In this document: positions 49,127 to 58,144 of the stretch, one piece after another
Layout: the number at the start of each line of letters is the position of its first letter
Position numbering within the stretch: position 1 is the first letter of the stretch
Origin: an uncultured Bdellovibrionales bacterium
GTDB lineage: Bacteria; Bdellovibrionota_C; UBA2361; OMII01
Direction: 5' to 3'
Assembly: GCA_964654585.1 (NCBI GenBank)
Contig: CAZZJR010000006.1
Span: 1-58,144 of the forward strand
DNA length: 58,144 nt
Translations under genes and position numbers: made by a program
Notes under the pieces: model-generated
What the model saw: only the letters and a program-made list of their open reading frames with translations
Told to the model about the DNA's origin: nothing
Database searches by the model: none

Positions 49127-49516
49127 TCACCGACACTCCAAGCACCCCACCTCTATGGATACCCTCCCCGTGCCTACTACAAGCGTCTTCGACGAGGATA
49201 GGTACACGGCTGCGCCACCTGGGCGTAGGGTCTTAGGACCGCGCAGCAGCACCCTTGGTCCGCCTGGGACACGGGCCAGGACTTGCACCTGCCGAGCGTC
49301 CGTCCTCCCGATATTTCTGACCTTAACGCTGACATGCCGAAGCTCTTGCTGACCGCGTGACCGCCCCAACAGAACGGAGAGATCGCTCCACCGTAGTGTT
49401 GTGCGCATGCTCCGCTCTGGTTCAGGAGTGGAGCGAATCCGCGGGCCAGCCGCGGCCGTTTGGGCAAAGATCAGGACGGCAAGAGCGAGAATTGGGGCGA
49501 CATGTCGTGGGCACAC
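49127..49516 (-). CDS. Small basic exported protein with CARDB/Ig-like motif
   Basis: Signal peptide ending AAA-G; VSVKVRNIGRTDARQVQV..LRPG; same strand as the operon. Confidence 0.55.
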   Translation of the reverse strand: MCPRHVAPILALAVLIFAQTAAAGPRIRSTPEPERSMRTTLRWSDLSVLLGRSRGQQELRHVSVKVRNIGRTDARQVQVLARVPGGPRVLLRGPKTLRPGGAAVYLSSSKTLVVGTGRVSIEVGCLECR

Positions 49517-49564
49517 ACCAAGCTATTCGGATGGTGCTCGCAGCAAGTTGCTTGGCACTGCCCC

Positions 49565-51313
49565 TTAGTTGACCGCCTCGGACTCACGGAACTGCAAGGC
49601 ATGAAGCCGCGAGTACTCAGCCTCACGACGCAGCAGCTCCTCGTGCGTGCCTTGCTCAACGATCCGGCCTCCGCTCATAACGACGATGAGATCGGCATCA
49701 CGCACCGTGGAGAGCCTGTGAGCGATAATGATGCTGGTGCGGCCCTGTTCCAGCGCCTCGATCGCCATCTGTACTTCGCGCTCGGCTCGGTTATCGAGCG
49801 ATGCCGTAGCCTCGTCCAAGATAAGGATCGGCGAGTTCTTCAGAATTGCGCGAGCAATCGCCAAGCGCTGCCGCTCACCCCCAGAGAGGGTCATTCCCCC
49901 TTCACCCACGAGCGTCTCGTACCCAAGCGGCAGCCTCTCTATAAAATCAGCCGCGTACGCTGCTTGGGCCGCGGCCTTCACCTGCTCTTCGGTCGCCTTT
50001 GGATTTCCGTAGGCGATATTGTTGTACACTGAGTCGTTGAACAGGAACGTGTGCTGTCCAACCATCGCGATCCGAGCGCGCAGGTCCTCAAGCCGCACCT
50101 CTCGCAGGTCGGTGCCACCGAGGGTGACCGAGCCAATGCTGGGGTCGATGAAGCGCGGGACCAGGTCAACAAGGGTGCTCTTGCCCGAGCCTGAGAACCC
50201 CACCAATGCGACTTTCTTCCCTTCAGGGACGGTTAGCGAGACGTCAATTAACGCAGCGGTAGGCTCATCGCCCTGTCCACGGGTCGGATACTGGAAGCTC
50301 ACATTGTTAAAGCAGATTTCGTTGCTCTCGGAGAGCTTCCTCGGCTGCTGCGGCTCACGAATCGAGGGAACAGTGTCGAGGATCTCAAAGATGCGCTGCG
50401 CACCTGCGAGGCCCTGCTGTACTGTCGCGTTGACGCGGGTAAGCTTCTTGAAGGGTTCATACATCAAGAACACTGAGATGAGGAACGCGATGAATCCCCC
50501 AGCTGTGCGCGTTCCTGAGATAACTGACCAGCCGCCGTAGAGCACAACCCCCGACACTACCAAGCTCGCCATGAACTCGTTTATCGGCCCAGCCATGGCT
50601 CTGACCCGCTCTGAGCGGATGAAGGTCTTTGTGAGCTCGTTGTTTCCTTTCTCGAAGCGCTCCTGTTCGAAGTCCTCGCGGCAGAAGATCTTTACCACTC
50701 GATGCCCCTGCATGCTCTCCTGGAACAGAGCCGAGAGCTGCCCGATCGCGTCCTGCCCGCGTTTACTGAGCTTCCGCATGCGCTTGCCGAGCCGCGCGAT
50801 GGGCAAGCCTGCTATCGGAAAAAATACGATTGAGATGAGCGACAGAGTTGGATCGAGGTACACGCACGAGCACAGCAGCACTACAACCCGAATCGAATCG
50901 CGAATAATCGCCGCGGTAGACTCTGTGAGCAACGAGCGCACGAGCAGCACATCTGAAGTCACACGTGACAGGAGCTCTCCAGTGGAGTGCCGCACGAAGA
51001 AGTCCGGAGAGAGCGAGAGCACGTGACGATTGACGTCATTGCGCAGATCTTCCGTGACTCGGTGCCCAACTGATGCCATCAGGAATTGCTGTCCGAAGTC
51101 ACACACGGCCCGAACAGCAGCGAAGCCAATAATAATGTACGGAAGCTTGTAGAGCAGCTCGGCGTTTTTCTCGGCTCCGAACACGCCGTCGAGTGTGCCT
51201 TTAATCAGGAAGGGCACAACTCCGTCCGTAGCACCGAAGGCGACCATGCAGAGTAGCGCTACAGCAAAAGTGCCGAGGTGCGGGCGCAGGTAGGTGAGGA
51301 TTCGCCTGTACAT
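49565..51313 (-). CDS. msbA: Lipid A export ABC transporter
   Basis: TM domain, GFSGSGKST, LSGGERQRLAIARA, ILILDEATASLD, AHRLST; coupled to lpxB by TGATG overlap. Confidence 0.93.
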   Translation of the reverse strand: MYRRILTYLRPHLGTFAVALLCMVAFGATDGVVPFLIKGTLDGVFGAEKNAELLYKLPYIIIGFAAVRAVCDFGQQFLMASVGHRVTEDLRNDVNRHVLSLSPDFFVRHSTGELLSRVTSDVLLVRSLLTESTAAIIRDSIRVVVLLCSCVYLDPTLSLISIVFFPIAGLPIARLGKRMRKLSKRGQDAIGQLSALFQESMQGHRVVKIFCREDFEQERFEKGNNELTKTFIRSERVRAMAGPINEFMASLVVSGVVLYGGWSVISGTRTAGGFIAFLISVFLMYEPFKKLTRVNATVQQGLAGAQRIFEILDTVPSIREPQQPRKLSESNEICFNNVSFQYPTRGQGDEPTAALIDVSLTVPEGKKVALVGFSGSGKSTLVDLVPRFIDPSIGSVTLGGTDLREVRLEDLRARIAMVGQHTFLFNDSVYNNIAYGNPKATEEQVKAAAQAAYAADFIERLPLGYETLVGEGGMTLSGGERQRLAIARAILKNSPILILDEATASLDNRAEREVQMAIEALEQGRTSIIIAHRLSTVRDADLIVVMSGGRIVEQGTHEELLRREAEYSRLHALQFRESEAVN

Positions 51314-52488
51314 CAGTTTGCCGCTGCCTCCGTTTGTGGCTCTTGGGCCATTTCTTTCACGAGCGCCACCACACGCCCTGCCACATTTTCGGCCTGCTCG
51401 CCGGAGCTCTCAAAGCTGAAAAGTGCGGCTCGCACATCCTGCAGGTCGCTAATCATCTTCTCGCGCACCGGGCCGTCTTGCAGCACCCTCAGCAGCTCAC
51501 GCTCTAGTTCAGCTGCATCGTGCCTGACGCGTATCAGCTCGCGCACTGTGCCGGCTTTCATGATGTTAACCGGAGAGTACTCTTTCAGCCTAACGAAGGT
51601 CGAAACTATCATCTTCGCCAGCAAGGTACCACTGTACACACACACGAAGGGGAGCTCCGCGATCGCTCCCTCCAGGTTACAGGTTCCTGACTTAAGGATG
51701 CCCGCTCGCGCGTGCCGCATCTCCTCAATTACCCCACCCTTCTTCCAGGATATGGCAGCCATGGTCTCTGGCGACACAGCCGTTGCCGCACAGCTCTTCG
51801 CCCACTGATCCCCCATATTGTCCGCGAGCATCACCACGGCCTGCAAATCAGGCTGCGATACCCTGATTCGCTCGAAAGCCTGGAGCATCGGGAGCAGCAT
51901 TCGCTCGATCTCGAATTTGCGGCTGCCGGGCATTAGCACAATCTTGTTAGCGCGAGTGCGATCACCGGTGGCTACCTTGTTCTGGTCGGTAAGTGGGTGT
52001 CCGACGTACGTCACAGCGTTGAATCCACGCTGCCGGTACCACTCCCTCTCAAACGGAAAGATAGCCGCGACGTGATCAACCGAACGCTTAATCGCCTCGA
52101 CTCTGCCAGAGCGCCAGGCCCAGACCTTCGGCGGGATGTAGTAGAGGACCTTCGAGCCTGCGGCCTTCGCCACTTTCGCCAGCCGCAGGTTGAAGTCTGG
52201 GTAATCCGCCAGGAGCACCAGGTGGGGCCTCCACGAGCGAACTAGCGATGACATCGCTCTAAAAGAGGAAAAGATGCCGCGAAATGAGCGGAAAAGTTCA
52301 AGGAACCCCATCGCAGCACCGCTCTTATAGCAGTCAACGACGAGGTCCGCGCCGGCCTCGCGGCACTCCTTTCCCCCCATTCCCCGGACCTCTACCGAGG
52401 GATCGAGAGCCTTGAGGCTGCGCACGACCCTAGCCAAGTGCTGGTCGCCCGAAACTTCTCCCGCGCTGATCACGACCCGCAGGGCCAT
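51313..52488 (-). CDS. lpxB: Lipid-A-disaccharide synthase
   Basis: SAGEVSGD, DYPDFN, P.VWAWR, FPFE, VGHP, PGSR..E, SGT..LE; ATG 52488. Confidence 0.96.
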   Translation of the reverse strand: MALRVVISAGEVSGDQHLARVVRSLKALDPSVEVRGMGGKECREAGADLVVDCYKSGAAMGFLELFRSFRGIFSSFRAMSSLVRSWRPHLVLLADYPDFNLRLAKVAKAAGSKVLYYIPPKVWAWRSGRVEAIKRSVDHVAAIFPFEREWYRQRGFNAVTYVGHPLTDQNKVATGDRTRANKIVLMPGSRKFEIERMLLPMLQAFERIRVSQPDLQAVVMLADNMGDQWAKSCAATAVSPETMAAISWKKGGVIEEMRHARAGILKSGTCNLEGAIAELPFVCVYSGTLLAKMIVSTFVRLKEYSPVNIMKAGTVRELIRVRHDAAELERELLRVLQDGPVREKMISDLQDVRAALFSFESSGEQAENVAGRVVALVKEMAQEPQTEAAAN

Positions 52489-52741
52489 AGCTAATCCCAC
52501 AACTCTACTGAATTCGCCGCAGTTTCTACCCCAGAAGGCGCACGAGGTATAGCCCACGGGGGGTAAGACCCCGATTTTGAACACATTTCTTGCGGAATCG
52601 ACGCAGTCTCCGTATCCTCCACCGGTCGTTTGCGGGCAGCCCCCGGGTTCCACGGCGTTTTTGGGACACGGAAAAGCACAGGCAGCGACGAGGACCAGTT
52701 AGTCGAACATCTGGTAGCTACGTTTTAGGACTCACCGCGAT

Positions 52742-54676
52742 ATGAAAAAGAAGATCCTCATAACACTTCTCCTGATCGTCATCCTGATTGTTGCAGCCGG
52801 GGGTGCCGCGCTCCTGTACGTCAACTCTTACGTTGATAGCCACAAGGATGAGATACAGCAGCAGCTCTCTGATGCGCTCGGCGCTCCTGTGACCTTTTCG
52901 GATGTTTCGGTGCGGGTGATTCCAGCGCTAGAGCTCTCTGTAGATGGGTTTGTGATCAAAGACGGCCAGGGAGGAGTGAGTGGAGTGAGTGTTAAGGCGC
53001 TGCGAGCAAAAGCTGAGCTGATGCCTCTTCTCTCGAAGCAGATCATCGTGAAGAGTATTCACCTTGTGGAGCCATCACTCATCCTTGTCAACAACGGACA
53101 GGGGCTCGCTATTAAAGGACTGCCTCAAAGCTCTCCGACTCCAGTCGCTGCCAAAGGCGCACCTACTCCAGCTCCCTCGCCCGCTGTGGCGGCTGCTCCC
53201 ACGAGGGCGTTTTCGCTCTCTGTTGATCAAATCCAGATCGAGGGCGGCTCGGTGGTCATTCCTTCGAAACATGACCGAAACGGCGTCAGCATTTCAGCCA
53301 TCGCGCTCGATGCGGGTGTTGTAGTCACCGATTCTGTCGTGAAGGTTCCAATGTTACAGATTACAGCTCGACTCAATGGCTCTCACCCGCTCACGCTGGC
53401 GGCAACTGATTTCGAGTTTGCGCAGCCTGAGAAGACCCTCAGGGCCCCCAATCTGACTCTCACCGGAGAGTCAGGCACTATTCAGGGCAGCGCCTCGCTC
53501 GATCTCGGCTCGGGTAGTGGGCAGGCGAATGCGAAGTCTGACTCCCTCAACCTCACTGTCTTAGCGACGAATCTGCACAACGTTCTGCCAGTGCTGGCTC
53601 CGCTCAGGCCGGTTGGAAAAGCAAGTGCTGTCGTGACTGCGACACTCAAGGGCAATCAACCCCCCGTGCTCGACGTGAGCGTATCGCCAAAATCCGTGGG
53701 TCTCACCCTCTCAGGGGGGCAGCAGGTCACCAACATCTCGGGAACGATCAAGGCATCTGGCCCAACTGACAATCTCAAGGTTTCCACGCAGGGACTCTCT
53801 CTCAACTATCAGTCAGCCCCGCTTAAGATCGATGCAGCGCTTGGCCTCACGCCTAAGGGTGTAGACATCTCTACCCTTACGGTGGTCGGCTTTGGCGGCA
53901 AGATGAGCGTTCCAACTAAGATCTCCCAGGGCTCACCTGGCACCCTCTCCTCTCAGCCCACAGCCTCCTCGATTCAGCTCGAGCAGCTCCTGAGTGCTGT
54001 CAAGCCGAGCTTGGCACAGAGTTTGAGTGGAACCATCAACACTTTCTCTGCGAACCTAAACAGCCAAACGGGCGACAAGATGGAGAGCTCGATGCGCATC
54101 GACGGAAACATCTTCGCCACTAACGGCGTACTGAAGGGCAACAACCTGCCGATGCAGGTGCTCAAGAAGCTCACGGAGATTCCGATCTTTAGCGGACTCC
54201 TAACCGGCGGTCTGCCGGACAAGTACAAGCAACACATATCGGCGAATGACACTGCGATCCGCGAGCTAAAGGGCAATTTCTCGTACGCGGGCGGCCAGAC
54301 GACGCTGAGCGGGGTTCAGGCGGTCAGTGACCTGTGCTCGATCACCGCTGACGGCACCATTTCAGCGAATGGCGACCTGAACATCAGCTCAACCTTTACA
54401 TTCTCCCCCGATGTCTCGATGGGTCTCGCGAAGAGCTTCAAGGGCCTCAACCGCGCCCTCAACAACGCTCAACAGCTCGTCGTTCCGGTGGTTATTCAAG
54501 GCCGCAGCCCGATGCTCGTGGTGCTGCCCGATGTCACAAAGCTTCTGACGGGCACAATAACGAATCTACCGGGCGAGGCACTCGGCATTGTCGGCGGACT
54601 ACTTGGAGTGGGACCATCTGATCCCAACTCTGGGACGAAGAACCAGAAGAAGCCTAAGAGTCCCTTCGGATTTTAG
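52742..54676 (+). CDS. AsmA-family protein
   Basis: N-terminal TM, LSDALGAPV..LMPLLSKQIIVKSIHLVEP AsmA N-terminal pattern, beta-rich body, C-terminal VPVVIQG..PD. Confidence 0.85.
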   Translation: MKKKILITLLLIVILIVAAGGAALLYVNSYVDSHKDEIQQQLSDALGAPVTFSDVSVRVIPALELSVDGFVIKDGQGGVSGVSVKALRAKAELMPLLSKQIIVKSIHLVEPSLILVNNGQGLAIKGLPQSSPTPVAAKGAPTPAPSPAVAAAPTRAFSLSVDQIQIEGGSVVIPSKHDRNGVSISAIALDAGVVVTDSVVKVPMLQITARLNGSHPLTLAATDFEFAQPEKTLRAPNLTLTGESGTIQGSASLDLGSGSGQANAKSDSLNLTVLATNLHNVLPVLAPLRPVGKASAVVTATLKGNQPPVLDVSVSPKSVGLTLSGGQQVTNISGTIKASGPTDNLKVSTQGLSLNYQSAPLKIDAALGLTPKGVDISTLTVVGFGGKMSVPTKISQGSPGTLSSQPTASSIQLEQLLSAVKPSLAQSLSGTINTFSANLNSQTGDKMESSMRIDGNIFATNGVLKGNNLPMQVLKKLTEIPIFSGLLTGGLPDKYKQHISANDTAIRELKGNFSYAGGQTTLSGVQAVSDLCSITADGTISANGDLNISSTFTFSPDVSMGLAKSFKGLNRALNNAQQLVVPVVIQGRSPMLVVLPDVTKLLTGTITNLPGEALGIVGGLLGVGPSDPNSGTKNQKKPKSPFGF

Positions 54677-54790
54677 TAGCGCAGCAACGGCCGGAGCGTG
54701 ATTAGGGGTGAGCTCCGCATCATTCCGTGCTAAGCAACTACAGAGCAAGAGGCGCGCAACTGGCGTCGGATTCCTTAGAACGCAACGCAG

Positions 54791-55552
54791 ATGACCCACG
54801 ACGACCACTACGAACCCATCGACCCTGAAGGTTCAGGCCTTCCTGAGCCAACCTTCAAGACAGAAGCGGCAATCCCAGAAGTGAAGTCGGGCGAGAAGAT
54901 CGGCGGATTCGCATTCTTCCTCTCGCTGAGCGTTCTGTTGCCTTTGGGCGTCGTGCTGCTATTCCTTACGCTCTCGTACGTTCCGTTGGATGGACGAGGA
55001 GTGGCTATATTCTTCGGCGCCTGGGTGGCCGGGATAGTCGCTTGCCAGGTCTTCATTCGAGGTCACGTGTCAGTTCTCATCCATGAGTCAAAGCACGCAA
55101 TCGTGTCCAACCTGGTCGGGAACAAGCGAAAAGGCATGAAGATTGGGGAGCACTCGGGGCACTTCGTCTACGCCTACTCGAAGCGAACTGCTCATATGAA
55201 CGCCTTGATATCCCTCGCTCCGTACATCCTGCCGGTGTTCACCTTTGTCGGAATGCTCGCTGCTGCGGCAGCGCTGCGAAAAGACCACGCCATGGCAGTG
55301 CTCCTGGTGGGGATCTGCTACGGCGTCGACACTGCCCTCAACGTGCGCGACATCTCCCCAATACAGACCGACATCAACGAAATTCGAGGCGGGTACGGCA
55401 TCGGGTTGCTCTACATCTTCGCCTGGAACCTCACTATTTTTGGAGTGCTCCTCGCCTGGGTCTTCAACGGCCTGGCCGGCCTGGGGATTCTGCTTGAGCA
55501 GATCACGGCTGCGTTCGTCCACGCTTACCTGCTAGCAACTGGCGGAAGCTGA
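54791..55552 (+). CDS. Peptidase M50B-like membrane metalloprotease
   Basis: IHESKHA (HExxH) after TM helices, ISLAPY, QTD third-ligand motif. Confidence 0.78.
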   Translation: MTHDDHYEPIDPEGSGLPEPTFKTEAAIPEVKSGEKIGGFAFFLSLSVLLPLGVVLLFLTLSYVPLDGRGVAIFFGAWVAGIVACQVFIRGHVSVLIHESKHAIVSNLVGNKRKGMKIGEHSGHFVYAYSKRTAHMNALISLAPYILPVFTFVGMLAAAAALRKDHAMAVLLVGICYGVDTALNVRDISPIQTDINEIRGGYGIGLLYIFAWNLTIFGVLLAWVFNGLAGLGILLEQITAAFVHAYLLATGGS

Positions 55553-56298
55553 GGTGGTGGTCCATACGATACCCACGCCATGCAGAGCCCGTGTGGCGGC
55601 GCAGTCACGCCACCGAGCCTTCGGTCCCGCCCCTCAAGCACCTGCGCCATCGTCCGGTTGCGCAATCGACGCCGGCCGATGTCTGTCGCTGTACCAACTA
55701 TGTTTCGAACCATCTGTTTCAAGAAGCCGTTGCCCACTACACGATACACAAGAATATCGCCCTCTCGGTCGAACCGGCTTGAGTAAATGGTCTTGGTCGT
55801 TGATTTGGCGCAACAGGTTGAATCGCGAAAGCCAGAGAAGTCGTGAGTGCCCACCAGCACTGATGCACACTCCTGCAACAGATCGAGGTCCATCTTGTTG
55901 GGGATGTGCCATACTCGGCGGGCATCGAGAACCGCCGGCGAAGGTCGTGCCAGGATCCGGTATTCGTACATCTTGTGGGTAGAGCACCAGCCCGGATGGA
56001 AGTCATCAGGCACTACCTCAGCCGAGAGAGCTGCCACCTCACCGCGCATCAGGTGGCTAACCCCTTGGCACAGTCGGTATAGGTCTACCTCCGCCTCCGT
56101 CTTAAAGGTCACGACCTGACCACGCGCGTGCACTCCTGTGTCGGTCCTGCCCGCAGCATGCAGCGGAGAGATATCAGCGCGGACCACTGTTCGTAGGACC
56201 TTCTCAAGCTCCGATTGTACAGTGCGCAGCCCAGGCTGCTTCTGCCAGCCATGAAAGCCTGCCCCGTCGTACTCAATAATGAGCTTGATGTTAGCCAC
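55525..56298 (-). CDS. truA: tRNA pseudouridine(38-40) synthase
   Basis: EYDG..FHGWQKQ, AGRTDTGVHA, GTHDF, FLKQMVR, APPHGL. Confidence 0.97.
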   Translation of the reverse strand: MANIKLIIEYDGAGFHGWQKQPGLRTVQSELEKVLRTVVRADISPLHAAGRTDTGVHARGQVVTFKTEAEVDLYRLCQGVSHLMRGEVAALSAEVVPDDFHPGWCSTHKMYEYRILARPSPAVLDARRVWHIPNKMDLDLLQECASVLVGTHDFSGFRDSTCCAKSTTKTIYSSRFDREGDILVYRVVGNGFLKQMVRNIVGTATDIGRRRLRNRTMAQVLEGRDRRLGGVTAPPHGLCMAWVSYGPPPQLPPVASR

Positions 56299-56309
56299 AG
56301 CCGCCTACG

Positions 56310-57320
56310 TTAGCCGGCGATAAGCCGCTCGGCGATCTGCACCGCGTTGAGTGCTGCGCCTTTTCGGACATTGTCCGCCACCACCCACATACTGAGCCCG
56401 TTCTCTACCGACTCGTCTCTGCGCAGGCGGCCGACATGAATCTCGTCAGTGCTCGCAGCTTCGAGCTGCATCGGGTACTCGTCGTGCGCCGCTCTCACGG
56501 AGATCCCTGCACTCTTCGATAGTCGCTTGATGATGTCTGAAAGATCGAAGGGCTTCTCGGTCTCAACAAAGACACTCTCCGCATGGCTAAAGAACACAGG
56601 CACTCGCACCGCCGTTGCAGTGATTCGAAGATCCGTAAGGCCGAGGATCTTCCGACTCTCGTTAATGATTTTGAACTCTTCTTTTGTGAAGCCGTTATCC
56701 AAAAAAACATCTATCTGGGGAATGCAATTAAAAGCGATCTGGTGTTGGAACGCCTCCTGCGGAACCTCCTGCTGATTGAATACAGCCAAAGTCTGCCCCC
56801 ACAGCTCATCCAGCGCGGCTTTGCCGGCACCTGACACAGACTGGTAGGTCGACACGACCACGTGCCGCAACCCCGCGATCTTGTGAATCACATCGAGAAC
56901 CGGCACAAGCTGTATGGTCGAACAGTTCGGATTAGCGATAATCATATCGCCATCCTTGATCGCACCGAAGTTTACCTCCGGTACAACGAGCGGGACCTCC
57001 GGCTTCATCCTAAAGAAACTTGAGTTGTCGATGCAAACAACGCCTGCTGACACCGCAGCCGGCACGTGAATGGAAGATAGCTCAGCCGACGTCCCGAAAA
57101 GCGCAATATCAACGCCCTCAAAACTCTCGGCGGAGAGCGCCTCGACCTCGATCTCCTGGTCATTAAACTTGTAGACCTCGCCAACCGAGTCCTTAGAGGC
57201 GAGCAGCTTCAGCTCTGAGCACGGCACCTTGCGCTGCTCGAGCACGTTGAGCATCTCGCTGCCCACTAGCCCGGTTGCACCGACGATGGCTATTACGGGA
57301 TTCTTTCCGACCTTCTTCAT
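56310..57320 (-). CDS. asd: Aspartate-semialdehyde dehydrogenase
   Basis: GATGLVG, IDNSS.FRM, ANPNCSTIQ, YQSVSGAG, DNVRKGAALNAVQIAE. Confidence 0.98.
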   Translation of the reverse strand: MKKVGKNPVIAIVGATGLVGSEMLNVLEQRKVPCSELKLLASKDSVGEVYKFNDQEIEVEALSAESFEGVDIALFGTSAELSSIHVPAAVSAGVVCIDNSSFFRMKPEVPLVVPEVNFGAIKDGDMIIANPNCSTIQLVPVLDVIHKIAGLRHVVVSTYQSVSGAGKAALDELWGQTLAVFNQQEVPQEAFQHQIAFNCIPQIDVFLDNGFTKEEFKIINESRKILGLTDLRITATAVRVPVFFSHAESVFVETEKPFDLSDIIKRLSKSAGISVRAAHDEYPMQLEAASTDEIHVGRLRRDESVENGLSMWVVADNVRKGAALNAVQIAERLIAG

Positions 57321-57470
57321 GAGCGCACCCCTTCCTTCTCCAGACTGCAGGAGCCTCCTACTTTAGTGCCTACCGCCCAACGAGGCAAATACGCTAACCT
57401 TGTCGATTGTCGGCAAAACGGGTGCTTCCAGGAGCAGCCCTTAGCCGTGTTGACGCCACTTAAGAGGGCA

Positions 57471-58091
57471 ATGAGCCAAATTCTCTTCCTACATGGCTTC
57501 GGTCAAACAGAGCCTGATTCGACGCCGCAGCTGTTGGCCCTGCGTTCTGTGCTGCCAGACGCCTCTATTCTCGCTCCGACCTACCATCCTGGAGGCTCGG
57601 TAGGGGCAACTCACGTGTCAGCTACCCTCGCTTGGCTCTCGGAGATTCTGAAGTCTGCACCTGGCCGCACCACCCACCTCGTGGGCTACTCGTTCGGCGG
57701 ATTGTTGTGCGCCCTTTTGGCTGAGCGATCCCCTGAGCTAGTAGACCGAGTTCTGCTACTCGCCCCGGCGATCGATAACTACACGCGCAACTATGCCGGC
57801 AAGGATCCGGCTGACTGGCAGATGCCTATTGATTTTGTTGTAGACCTAACAACCTACCCAGAGCGCCCCTGTATCAAGCGTCCAACGACTCTGGTGCATG
57901 GGCTCCTCGATAACGATCATGGAGGCTCTGCTCCGTGGCGTATCAAAGAGTGGACACACGAACAGGCATTTGCTGCCGTGCATCTGCTCGCCGGAGTAGA
58001 TCATTCGCTTGAGCCATGGCTGACCGCTGACAGCTGTGCTGCCCGGTACTTGCCAGAATTTCGTCGCGTGGCAACCGATGCGCTGCTTTGA
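57471..58091 (+). CDS. Alpha/beta hydrolase (YqiA-like esterase)
   Basis: FLHGF, nucleophile GYSFGG, HGLLD, DH; GAGGG before ATG 57471. Confidence 0.85.
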   Translation: MSQILFLHGFGQTEPDSTPQLLALRSVLPDASILAPTYHPGGSVGATHVSATLAWLSEILKSAPGRTTHLVGYSFGGLLCALLAERSPELVDRVLLLAPAIDNYTRNYAGKDPADWQMPIDFVVDLTTYPERPCIKRPTTLVHGLLDNDHGGSAPWRIKEWTHEQAFAAVHLLAGVDHSLEPWLTADSCAARYLPEFRRVATDALL

Positions 58092-58144
58092 CTCTGTACC
58101 CGGGCTACCGCAGGAGGGAGGGTAGCAGAGCCACGGTGGCTGCG

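Noticed and set aside
58092-58144. Short inverted repeats at the window end (GCTACC/GGTAGC; AGCCAC-G-GTGGCT)
   Set aside because: Truncated by the window and too short to assign

Overview
GC-rich bacterial core-chromosome segment, most genes on the minus strand. Gene content (NtrY-type kinase with DUF4390, GspL/M/N, sigma54 activator, accD-lptD-rfbD-manC order, DUF374 acyltransferase in the lipid A operon) suggests a deltaproteobacterial-type diderm lineage (inference). It holds ruvAB, PBP1B, an orphan gspLMN-like block, ftsK, an M16 peptidase pair, GDP-D-rhamnose genes with rfbD and lptD, accD, pgk, fbp, a hybrid PAS kinase with ppx/ppk1, uvrC, a lipid A operon (lpxB, msbA, DUF374, waaA, lpxK), asmA, truA and asd. 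I saw no rRNA, tRNA, CRISPR, transposase, integrase or phage genes and no unambiguous novel system. Best leads: (1) a doubled PsiE-like membrane protein plus hybrid kinase beside ppx/ppk1; (2) a roughly 160-nt rod-like intergenic hairpin with a central bubble upstream of the sigma54 activator; (3) a protein about 50% Asp/Glu with a palindrome-rich upstream region; (4) PBP1B co-oriented with gspLMN and a nearby LpoB-fold-like lipoprotein; (5) an internally duplicated unknown protein; (6) active-site deviations in Pgk, Fbp and the GAFTGA loop. All calls come from reading motifs by eye; no searches were run.
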